DNA of 64,000 nt from Pseudogymnoascus verrucosus (Eukaryota), in assembly GCA_001662655.1 (NCBI GenBank), contig KV460230.1; one strand, given 5' to 3'. Below the pieces are notes generated by a model. It was not told where the DNA came from. It searched no databases and saw only the letters and a program-made list of their open reading frames with translations. A program made the position numbers and the translations under genes. Within the stretch, counting starts at the first letter, position 1. The number at the start of each line of letters is the position of its first letter. Positions 36,480-49,996 of this stretch are shown in pieces.

Positions 36480-38473
36480 ATGAACGACACGACTCTTCCA
36501 AAACTCCCATCTGCCACGGGACAAGATGCTCCACCGACAGCAGCATCTGAGCGCGTTTCGAGCGACAACGATGTTTTCCCGTTTCTTGTGCATTCTCAAG
36601 AGTCGGTGACAAACGGAGGGCCACCAGAAGTCGATAATGGCAGGCTGGCGCGCCAGAAGAGAAGGCGAACAAGGTATGTTTACGACTTAGAACTACGCCA
36701 CCGGCACACTCGAGAGATGTCCTTTCTTTAAGGGCTACGCATTGGAATACCTGCTAACGTGCTACCCTAAAGCCCAGAAGACCAAGCTACCTTGGAAGCA
36801 GAGTACAAGAGGAACCCAAAGCCCGACAAAACAGCGCGTCTGGAAATCGTGAAGAGTGTCGCCTTAGGCGAGAAAGAAGTACAGGTTAGTTGGAGGTCGA
36901 CCTGATGTCCAAATCCGGCGGGCACAATCTGAGACAACAACTAACAACATAATCAGATTTGGTTCCAAAATAGACGCCAAAACACGAGAAGAAAGTCGCG
37001 TCCACTTCTGCCACATGAGATTGCTGCATTTGGACTTGGTGGTATGGCGGCTCTATCATCCGACCCTATACTCGCCAGCACGTTCGGGAGCAGCTTTAGT
37101 AGTAGCCAAGGCTCTGACCAAGTACCAGCCAGCCCCGAGACCGAACAAAGTGCCCTTCCCGTAACGCATACGAAGGGGCCCGAGCAAGCTTTCCCTGGCA
37201 CACCGTCCCCAGCAGCTACTTCTGATAATAACCTTCACGGCAAAGGTCCCACCATGGAGGTTTCCCAGCCAACTATTACTCCTCTTAAGGCGAATACTAG
37301 CTTCCAATCTTCGGAATCTTTTGATAGTTCCTTTTCCGCTTCCCAAGGGCTTCCTCAATCCGTACCCAGTACCCTCGGATACCTTTCCAATCGTTGGAAT
37401 GCAGGAAGCTCTTTCGGCACCCCGCCAACCTCGCAAACACCTGCTTTTATGACACCCCTAAGGTAACCATCACTCCTATGATACTTTAATAGAAACCAAC
37501 TAACTTTTTCTTTAGCTTTGACCCGCAACTCCCATCATCATGCCCAGAGCGGCTAAATGCTTCAACAATCTCGACGCCTTCATCAAATGTGCGACTCTCC
37601 CTTTCTCTAGACGGCAAAGCTGAGCTTGTCTCAACTGAGCTCTCTTCGTCCCCACCGCGTCCTCGGCAGTCGCGCCCATCTTCCGCCTTGTCTAGCGCTC
37701 GTCGTCGTAGTGGCGGCCTCCAACGCAGCCAAAGCGCCGCTCTCCCGTTCCCCTCCATCTCTCCCCGCGACGCCCCATCGATGCCCTTTGTTCCCCGGCT
37801 CCCTACTGGTCGCTCCCGCGACGCGCGAACCTGGGAGTTCTGCGCTGACGCCGAAGCACGTGACGAGCTTACCACACAAGCTGAGAATGAGAGCAGTGGG
37901 AGTGCAGTAGCTGCCATTAGTCTGATTCGCTCAACTAGTTCTACGGCTCTTAAGTCTAATGCGAACAAGCGGAATGCCCCAAGTGGAAATAGCGAGAAGC
38001 AGCGCAATGGAAGTGGCAAGAAGCCTATGCTGGTTAAGGCAGCAAGTAGCCTGGCCATAATGCAGACTGTAGGGGGTAAACCTCGCAAAAACACCACTAA
38101 GCCAAAGGAGAAGGATGGTGTGGTGCTCGTTCAGAGCCCGGGTGGAGAGAGTGACAAGGAAAATTGGATCCCAGGTGAAGGCAACGAGGGCAGCCAGACT
38201 AGACGACCCCTGCCAAGCCACCGTCCAAAACTCGGCCGTACAAAGGCACTCGGGAACGCGAAGTCGTTCATGGGAGGAAACAGCTCAAATGTGGGCAGAA
38301 GCAGGACTAAGACAACGAAGTCCGTGGAAGCTGAGATCTTTGAAGATCCAGAGGATGAGGTTGTTGACGTGGAAGTAGAGAAATTTATGAGGGGTGAAGT
38401 TAGTCCGAGTAAAAAGGGGGACTTGGATTGTATCCAAGGACTCCTCAGTCTGAGCCAGGGGAACTGGAGGTAA
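36480..38473 (+). CDS. Homeodomain transcription factor (Yox1/Yhp1-like); introns 36674-36772, 36885-36956, 37463-37515
   Basis: Spliced RQKRRRTSPEDQATLEAEYKRNPKPDKTARLEIVKSVALGEKEVQIWFQNRRQ; C-terminal DLDCIQGLLSLSQGNWR. Confidence 0.88.
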
Positions 38474-38913
38474 AGCACTGGGTGCTAAGTGGTAACGAAG
38501 GATATGCTATTGTCTGGGTTCTGTTGAATGGAGGTTTGATGTTTGATTCTTGTCTATACTGGCGGCGGTGTTCTGGATAGGAGGTACGGTTAGGTAGCAC
38601 GTTTTTGGGTTTAATGGAGTTCGGCTTGTCTTTGTTTAATAAGATTCCGCTTGCGATATAGTCTGTTAGATTCCATGCCTGAATACATGGCGGTCACAAA
38701 ATCTCAATATACATATCCGACGCTAAATCCCATCTGAAAGGTTACTATGCTATGAGGCCCTCATCCCGGCGCACACGGGTATAAATAACCGTACATAATC
38801 AACGAAGATACAAATCATGTACCATAATGAAACAAACCGCTCCTCCTTACCTTTCCAATACCGTTTCCTTCCAGTTTTACCATTCCTCCATCCCGAAGAC
38901 GCCTACTCCCACT

Positions 38914-40532
<1,619 letters not shown>

Positions 40533-41508
40533 TTTGGCTTTAGGAGTAGTTGCGACAACGAATCAAACGTGCGAGATAAACTGCAAATGTTGTTGTAGGG
40601 TGTGTGTGTGCTGTAACTTTTCGTGAGGTGTCGGGCAGTGAGGCCTAAAGGCGCGTGAAGTGACAAGAGGGTTTGAAGGAGGGGTCGAGATTGCGATAAG
40701 CCAATGTCCCCAGAAACAGTATGATCCTAAGCGCGCAAACACAACGGTCGACAAGATTGGAAACTCAGATGGCAAATGTAGTAATATAGAGGTCACGTCC
40801 TTCTGAGCAAATTCAGAACAGAACTTCTTTTGTTCGTGTCTGCGGTTTATATATACGGGTGGATAGGCAAGTGCTCAGCCGCAGCCGCGGGGTTAGGATG
40901 TGGCTGTGATGGGTCGCTCCAACAGGGGCCTCAATGCTCCAATGATTGCTGTGGAGCAGCCCTGGTGGCCCATGAGGAACTCCACAAGGCGGAATTAACT
41001 GGTGAGACAACGGAGATTCAATGAGCTACTTGCCCTTTCTTTTCAATTATCGACTTTAAGTGTATATCGCATATACATTTGGGTTTATACAAGACGTAGG
41101 TTTTCCACGCCCTACATGTCATTTGTTTACACGAGAGCTGCCCAGCCAATAGGGAAGCTCCAAGCGCCTCAAAAAAGTCTGCTTATGTCAGCCTCTGAGG
41201 AAGTCGGAGGGGTCCTTGGTTGCTACCTTGTGAGTTTATAATTCCAGTCCTCTTTTGCTTTATGGCCCTCTCCAATACCCGCTGTTGAGCCGTTCTGACT
41301 CTACGAGAATTTCTGAATAAATCCATAGTTCGCTCAGGATCCGATCTATTACCGAGATATTTTTCGGGTGGCATATCTGAATCTGATTGCTTTGGCGTAG
41401 AAAAGCTGCGCCTGGCTTTCTTGGTTTGCGCCTCTTTCCTTCCGCATCAACAACCTCAACTTCTCCCCCCAGTTAAGAAATACACGCAATACCCACAACC
41501 TCCTAAAG

Positions 41509-42095
41509 ATGTTATCAGCTTCAAAGCGTCTGGGAAAGGAGCTTCCAAAGGTACGAACAGTTCTATGCACGAGCCGGAAGAGACTCTAACCGAACTGTGC
41601 TCGTCGTCCAGATACACTCGAGCCTACCACCAGGAATAAGCTTAGTCACTGCGGATGGCTTCGCAGAGTGGTTTATGGATATCCAAGTCCTCGATGCGAA
41701 TCCGATTTATTTGAATCAAACTTTCCGCCTGAAATTCAAGTTCACTAACGCATATCCAATCGGTATACACACCCAAAGCCCCCCGCCACCCCCACCTTGT
41801 AACGAATATTGACATATCCGTTGCAGAAGCCCCCGAGGTCACCTTTGTGAAAACTGCAGACCGTCCGATCCCGATACACCCCCACATCTACTCGAATGGC
41901 TTTATATGTTTAGATCTGCTCGGAAAGCAGGGATGGAGTCCGGTCCAAAACGTGCAAAGCATCTGCATGAGCATCCAAAGCATGCTAACCGGCAACACAA
42001 AGTCAGAACGGCCACCTGGAGACGAGGAATTTGTGAGGACAAATAGACAGACCGCGAGAGATGTCAGCTATATCTACCACGACAACCAAGTTTGA
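41509..42095 (+). CDS. Ubiquitin-conjugating enzyme E2, Ube2W-like; introns 41551-41611 and 41763-41826
   Basis: SKRLGKEL, FRLKFKFTNAYPIEAPEVTF, HPHIYSNGFICLDLL (HPH in place of HPN), C-terminal YHDNQV. Confidence 0.88.
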
Positions 42096-43281
42096 CGAGT
42101 GTATATTATGGAAGAGGAGTTCAAGGAAGTTATTTGTGCTTGGCGCTGGGCAGAAATGAAGCACAGTCGGTGTTACTTGAAACCTCAGCATTATTGTATT
42201 GCGAGATATTAAGCGTCTATTATTAGACTTCACGAAATTACGATATGAGCCCATGCAACCTGTGTATGATACCTGAAAACCGTGACTTGAAGAAGTTGAA
42301 TTATATCCGCGGATAAAAAGACCCGGAGGACTACTCCCAGCATACATTCCGTATTCCCCATGGGGTGTGATATGATTCTTCACTAAATAAAGTTCTGACT
42401 GTGGGTCATGATGGTGGTGACAGTGATTCTCCTATTCCAACTACCTCACAGGACCTCGTAGAGAATATTACAACATGAGATCCTCTATGTACAGGGGGAA
42501 AACAATGGATAGGGTCAAAAAGCCCCATCTCCCGTCCGGAATGCTCACTCACATTGAAGATCCCTATCTTGTTATGACACCTCAGTAAATCACCGGCGTG
42601 CCAAAGTCCACCGGGATCCTGGTTCGAGTTTGGGATAAGACTATGATGATGCGTTGCGGAACTCCCTTCCTCTATCTAATAGTACCCTATTCCACCTAGA
42701 CCCGTGAATCACAGGATTTTAGCTCCTATATATAGCTGTTTGCCGTCTTCCTTCTGTTACTTCTTCTATCCTATAACTATATCCGATACACTCAACTCGT
42801 TTCACCAACTTGCATTCAGCATCATCAGTTACAATCACCACAAACAACAAGTTTCACAAGAACAGACTTAACCAAACATCATTCAAAAGAAAGGTTCACT
42901 TATTTGAACATCCTGGCTAACTGTGAACCAAAAGAAGGCCAGAAGACAAAACTGTGGACAGCAGACAGCCATCAAGCACGATATACGAACCACATCAACA
43001 CTGAAAGGATTCCAAACCTGACGTCCAAGTGTTATATTTGGACGACTGAGTATCCGCTGTTGCTTTTTGGGCCATCCTGAAAGAGGTTTGACGTGCAACG
43101 AAAGAACCCAGATGAGAACACATGCTGACATATTTGTAGGACAATCTGAAAAGAATCTGGACTGCGTTCGAACTGAAGCCGACCCATTAATTCTCAGTGA
43201 CAACAGCTTCTGTGCCACATATTTCAGACCATATTCATATTCCATCCATTGTTATCCTTCGGTCCAAGTGCCAAATTCGCT

Positions 43282-44705
43282 ATGTGCGTCAAAGAATTCA
43301 TCGGCTTCAACTGTGGCCACTGTGCCCTTCCCACACTCCGTGGCTGCCCGATCGTTTCCCAATCACCACATTTCCCTTACTGCCGGTACCCTGGTGAGCG
43401 CCCTATCATAGTCCCTGAAAATTGCCCCTCATGTGCAAGAGTGGTCTGGAACCAGCGCACACTGGCTAAAGAGGAGTCCCACCGAGAGATGCATTACAGA
43501 CTTGGGAGGGAAGAGTGTGTATTTGGAGGTGAAAAGGGGGGATGTGAGACGAGGTTTGATATTGACATTGAGAGAGAACTAGGGGGTGGTGGACGACAGA
43601 TTCGGCATGCGGGATATGAGAGAGTGCCTGCGCCTGGACAAATGCAGATCATGGAGATGCCCAGTGGGAATGCGGAGAGAAGTGGTGGTGGAATAGGAGC
43701 GACAACGATGGGACGAAAGGTATCGAAGAAAGACCGTAGAAAGAGCAGTAGAGAAATTGAAGACGCGATCGCGAGGGTAGAAGCCAGGTTTGCCGCCATA
43801 AACTTAGAATCAAGCAGACGAGCGGCGATTGAAGACGCGCTTCGCAGCGCAGGGCACGCCTACGTGGTTGCTCCTAGCCGCTCAAACAATGACTCTGAAA
43901 TCCTTGCCCAGCAGACTCGTCTGGGCGCTGCCAGTGGACCGAGTATGGAAACGGAGTACCAGATGAGCAACTACCACATCCCTAGGAACAGATCCGGGCC
44001 CGGTCAATTGTCCAGTAGCGACTATAGTTCCCTCCATTTTGGGCCCCAGGTCCCACCTGGTAACGCATATATCGGTTACCAATTCGGCAACGAGGCGGCT
44101 GGACATGAAGCATTGCCCGGGGCAAACTTGAACAATGCGAAGGAAGAGTACGACTCAGGTCGCCAGCTGCACGAAGCTCGTCTGCCTGGTGAAGGAAAAG
44201 TCGCGGTGCAGAATTATATCGGCACAACAAAGTATTACCCAGATGAAGATCAGTACAGAAGCGCATCTGGGGATGAGATGATTGCCAATGTCAAATATAA
44301 CCCTGGTGGCGTGGTGCCCAGGGGTCCCAGGGCCAAACAGTAAGTGCAATCCACGATATAATGCATTCGCAAAGTTTGTATGCACGGTACATACGAAAGA
44401 AAAGACACTTACTGACTACTTACAGGGAAAAAAGCATTCAGTTTCGGGGCGCCGCTCAGCAGTTCACTTCACAAATGTCGCCTTCAAACTTCAGCGACCC
44501 AGCTCTAGGAATGAGCGCTCCTCCTATGGACGGTTTCCGCGATAGTCAATCAACACCGTCTGCGCCCCATGTCCTCCCAATGGGCCCTCCGGCAAGTGTT
44601 AGCCATCCAATATTTGATGGCGTAAATGAGTACTCTCCACCAAATCGACCATATCGAGGCCCAGCCATTGTTAGCAGCGACATGGCCAACACAGGGGATA
44701 CCTGA
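43282..44705 (+). CDS. Hypothetical protein with N-terminal Cys/His cluster; intron 44340-44425
   Basis: Long ORF starting MCVKEFIGFNCGHC..C..C..CPSC; GTAAGT..CTGAC..CAG intron joins it to ORF 44361-44705. Confidence 0.65.
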
Positions 44706-44882
44706 AGGCACTAGTCTGGAATACATTGTAAGTGCACGAAAAAAGTCCAGATGTGATGATTGAGTTGCTTGGCTGATGACCTAACAAACACAGATATATA
44801 CAAATACTCAAACTGTTGCACCCTTCTATTTCCCAGCTGTACAAACGCGGCCGGTTGGCCTCCTCCACACATCACGCCTCTC

Positions 44883-46436
44883 TTAACGATCAACTACGAT
44901 TTGTTAGCATATTTGTAAGGCCATCCATATGTGTGCGAAACTTACCTTCTCCAAACACCAAATCCATCGTTCCAATAATCGCAACTGCGTCAGCAAGAAG
45001 ATGGCCTCTTGAAACCTGGTCGAACCCTCCGAGATGGGCAAATCCTGGAGCGCGAATCTTGCACCTGTATGGCCTCTCGCTTCCATCACTGACAAGATAA
45101 ACTCCCATCTCTCCCTTGGGCGCCTCAATGGCCGAGTAGGTCTCTCCTGGTGGCACGGTATAACCCTTCGTGAAGAGCAAGAAGTGGTGGATCAAAGCTT
45201 CCATGTTCTCCTTCATGGCAGCTCTGGGTGGTGGCGAGACCTTGTAGTCTTCCACTCTAATTGGTCCCGCTGGCATCTTGTTGAGGCATTGGTGAATGAT
45301 ACGGAGGGACTGTCTGAATTCCTCCATGCGGCAGAGATATCTGTCGTAGCAGTCTCCGTTGACACCGACTGGAACATCAAACTCGACCTGGTCGTACGCG
45401 TCATATGGCTGGCTCTTGCGAATATCCCATGGCACACCGGATCCACGAAGCATAACACCGGTGAAAGACAAGTTCAAAGCATCGGCAGCAGACACAACTC
45501 CAACGCCCTTTGTGCGGCCAATCCAGATTCGGTTATCAGTCAGAAGCTCCTCCGTCTCATCAATACGATCGGCGAACTGCGTTGCCCATTGATAGATGTC
45601 GTCGAGTAGGCCGATGGGGATATCTTGGTGGACACCTCCTGGACGGACGTAGGCGGCGTGGAGACGGGCGCCAGACACTCTTTCATAGAATTCCTAACTT
45701 GTATATTAGTGCCATTCATATGCAGCGATGACATTAGACATAGAACAAAAATAGACCAGTATCTTACCATGAGCTTCTCTCTCTCCTCGAAACCCCACAA
45801 GAAAGGCGTAAGGGCACCAACATCCATGGCGTGAGACAACACAGACATCAAGTGGTTGAGAATACGCGTAATCTCTCCAAAGAGGGTTCTGATCCACTTA
45901 GCACGCTCTGGAATCTCAACATTGAGAAGCTTCTCGACAGCCAGGGAGAAGCACTGCTCGTTGGTCATCATGGAGACGTAGTCCAAACGGTCGAAGTATG
46001 GCAGTGCCTGAAGGTATGTCTTGTACTCGATCAACTTTTCGGTTCCTCTGTGTAATAACCCAACGTGAGGATCCGATCGCACAATCTCCTCTCCATTGAG
46101 CTCGAGAATCAGTCGCAACACGCCGTGAGCGGCCGGATGTTGAGGTCCGAAGTTGACTGTGTAGTGTCTAATCTTCCTGTTCTCCACATTCTCTCCCTCC
46201 CGATGAGTTTCCTCCGGAGTGATATTGGCAGTTATATCGGCATCCCGCGGCGCTGGCGAGGTAAAATTGTCCCCAACAGCTACCAGTCGTGTTGCTTGAT
46301 ATGGCTCCGCGTTCCTCCGCGGTGTCGTTGCGAAAGACCGTGTTGTTGCAGGTGCGACAAGCTTGGACGAAGGGGATGCGCGCATACACAGGCGCTTTGC
46401 GCTCTGGCCGGCGAGCCTATATAAGGAGGATGTCAT
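44883..46436 (-). CDS. NDUFS2: NADH:ubiquinone oxidoreductase 49 kDa subunit, mitochondrial; introns 45694-45767 and 44894-44945 (11-nt last exon)
   Basis: Arg-rich presequence, [53 protein letters not shown]. Confidence 0.96.
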
Positions 46437-46689
46437 GGTGATCAATCCCACAGGTAGGCTCACTCCTCGTCGGCAAGATGGGATGGATAATTCGAGGTGT
46501 GGTGATGTGAGCCTCCAATTGTATGCCGATGAAGTGTGGTCGATTGGGTCTAAATTCGACAGCTTCTCATTGGCCGACAATTGGGACAGGGATATTGGTC
46601 GGCTTATTCCGCGTGTACAAAACATTTTTATTTTTGATACTGATATCGCGATAGAAGCCCCGCCACAACTGTGAATATATCTCACAACT

Positions 46690-47866
46690 ATGGCTCCATA
46701 TACTCCATCACAGGAGGAACTCCAGCGCCGAAAGGTAAATTTCCTTTTCTAAAGCAAGACATTCAAGTGCTAAGTTGAAACAGGTTGTGGGCATCAACTT
46801 AGAGACCGTCGACGATGTCACATCCACCGACTTTCCAGGCCATTACGCTGGGGAAGATCATTCTTGGGACCTAGATCTTTTCAGGAAGAATCTGAAGATA
46901 CAATTCCACCACAATACCCAATTCAATGCCTCATTTTCTGTTGCTGGCATTGATGCGTCAGTTGCAAATGCATTCCGTCGCATTCTCCTCGCCGAAATAC
47001 CCACCCTCGCCATTGAATACGTTTTCATGAACAACAATACATCGGTCATTCAGGATGAAGTTCTTGCGCACAGGTTAGGACTAGTACCTCTCAAAGGAGG
47101 CAGAAAGGGGCTACTAGAGTTTATGAAGTGGTTCAGCAAGGCGAACGAGGAAGAAGGCACTGAGGCCGGGGAGGCATTCGATTACAACACGATAACACTG
47201 CATCTGCAAATCGAGTGCACACGGAATCCTGACGCAGCTCCGGGAGAAACGGATTCGAATAAGTTGTACATAAACTCTGCCGTTCATGCCAGCGATATCG
47301 TCTTCGAGCCTGTTGGGAGACAACCGGAGTTCTTTTCCGGTGACGACACCATCACAGTTACGAATCCAGATATACTTATTGCGAAACTACGTCCGGGCCA
47401 GTGCATAGACCTTGACATGCACGCGATTAAGGGAATCGGAGCCGATCATGCCAAATTCAGTCCTGTTGCGACAGCCTCGTACCGATTATTGCCAACCATA
47501 ACTATTTTGAAGCCAATACTTGGAAATGACGCCGAGAAGTTCGCAAAGTGCTTCCCCAAAGGCGTCATTGGGTTTGAGAAGGTCACAAAAGAGGAGGCGA
47601 GCACTCCGGGCAGCGGGTACGAAGGCCATGCGGGCGAGAAGAAAGCAGTTGTGAAGGATACGATGAAGGACACGGTCAGCAGAGAGTGCTTGCGACATGA
47701 AGAATTCCAAGGCAAAGTCAAGCTTGGTCGCATCAGGGATCACTTTATATTTTCGATCGAAAGCACTGGACAATGGGACAGCGACGAGCTCTTTCTCGAG
47801 TCGATCAAGGCTCTGAAGCAAAAATGTGTGAGGTTTAAGCGGAACCTTTCATTAATGACCAAATAA
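46690..47866 (+). CDS. RPC40: RNA polymerase I/III shared subunit AC40; intron 46735-46783
   Basis: [71 protein letters not shown]. Confidence 0.95.
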
Positions 47867-48114
47867 TACTCTCGGATGAGTTGGAAAGGCTGTTTTACCC
47901 CAGGAGCATTTATCGGAGTTAAGGAAGCTGGCGTTGGGCAGGTAGATTTTGTAAAACATGCAATCAATAGATTCACACCGGACCTAGGATTTGAGTCTTG
48001 CCATATGTTGGTTTTTTGCATTGTGCTCTACCATGGTCATAACTTAAGTGAACCAGTTTTCTCTATGGCAATGTCGAGACCACATATCGCTACTGTCTGG
48101 TTTCACCATTTCCC

Positions 48115-49733
48115 CTAAGTGTACTTGATGCGGAATCTAAAACTGACGCGAGCGAAAGCAGGATCAGTAACTGCAAGTTCATCGCCCTCGTTCACGAAGT
48201 CGCTGACTTTCTTATCGAGATTTGGTCTCGTGGCCTCTTCGAGACTCGCCGGGCTCCGCATATAAAGCGATTTCCCCTCTGCACGAACAGAGGGCTTCTT
48301 TAACTGTGCGCCAGGAACAATCGCCAAAGCATCAATAAGCTCTTGCAATGTCCATTCTCTGTCAACCTCTAGGTCACGCGGAAGGTTACCACAAACAGGA
48401 CAGTCGTCTTTCTTCTCGTGTTTGAATGTGAACGTGTAGATGCTGTCGTTGCCGCTGTACATCATATAATTCTCCTCCATGCCCAACGATGGGGCAGCCG
48501 AGGTTGCGAGCTTGAATGCCTCGTTGCAACAGCTTGCGGCGATAATTGCATTTGTGGAAGCAATCGCAGGAATGATGTTTTTCACCACGCCTTGGGTGAG
48601 AGAATACGTAACGCCACTGATATTGAACTCTTGTGCTCTGGCCAGGGCCTTCCCGTAGAGCCAGGTGATATGTTTTGGATCATCATTGTCAAGTTTTGAG
48701 AATGGCTTTTCTTGCTCCCATGCGATGATATGAGCCCATTCGATACAGTGTTCTGGCTGTCTTGGGATCGTGGCCAACGTGCAGAGCGGCACTGCTGCGC
48801 GGGGGGCGTGCATATCAAGTTGGCACTCTATACAAGAAGTCATAGTTGGTATTATAACTCTCGATTGGCCCTTGAAACCTAGAAGAGTTTAGAAACAAAT
48901 GCTTAATTGGTGATATGCTGAACGTACCTTCTGTCCCACCATCAATCAACGGTTTGAGGCTGTCGGGGTTCTCCTCGTCAAACAGCTCTACCAGCTGTGA
49001 ATTAATCCACCGCCGTGCCTCGATGCTATCGAGCCCACAGACGACCATCCCAAACTGCATGTAGAAAGAATCATCTTTATCTTGAATCATGCAATTATGG
49101 GGCGTGATTCTGACACCCGTTACTCGTTTCATGACAAACTTCGCAGCGACCTCAGCTTTGTATTTCCCAACATCGCTATGGCGGAACAAAAACTGACGGT
49201 TCAAATTTGAGACGTCTATTGTGTCTTTGGGGTAGATTTAGTCGACGGTTGCTCTGATCGGGATTAGCTGGGACTCACCCATATCAATGACATGAATGTC
49301 CTTAAACCCTGATAGGGCTAGGTTCTTTAATATCTCGCAACCCAAGCCTCCAGCCCCTCTTGATGTTGTAAGCCAAACTGTCCCAAACTTAGATATCATC
49401 CAACATACATTACCCTGGAGAAAATGTCAGTACCAAACTATAGTAGAACATGTCTCACGTGAGTCTTACAATATCTTCATCTGTTCTTGGATATCAATCC
49501 TACCACCGCTCGTACTATTGCCATCTTCGTCGATCTCATAACTTTCATCGGTAAAACCGCCCTGGCCCTTCCTAATGTTGTCAAGGTACTTCCTAAAAAG
49601 CGGACAGTGTTAGCATTTCAAAACTGAGGTCGCCCAGAAGCCACGCTACAGAGGTGACCGACCATCGCCCTTCCGAGTGGCTGCTTGAAGGAAGCATAGA
49701 AGGTGGCGTTTGAGATGCCATGGTCGTCGCCAT
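48115..49733 (-). CDS. UBA3: NEDD8-activating enzyme E1 catalytic subunit, 6 exons including a 6-nt micro-exon
   Basis: Spliced [78 protein letters not shown]. Confidence 0.93.
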
Positions 49734-49996
49734 ATTGCCACTAATAGCTTGAAAAGTATTTATTCTGAAAAGTGCAAAGCTTAGTTGCAGTATGAGAGGA
49801 GGCGGGGTTGTCGTTACTATGAGACAAGGCAGCTAGCTACCAGATAAGAGCTCAATAAGCGTTATCGTTCGCACGCCTAGCGAGTACTGCCAAGTTACAC
49901 CGCTCACTCCCCACGTAGTACGCCGTCGCCCTTCATCACGTCCTCATGCTTTCAGGAACGTTCTAGATCATCCTCGATAGAGCTGTGATGTAGAAA

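Noticed and set aside
46437..46685. 83-aa N-terminal extension of the complex I 49 kDa ORF in the track
   Set aside because: Starts at a non-ATG codon next to the RPC40 start and spans the shared promoter; ATG 46436 already gives a normal presequence.
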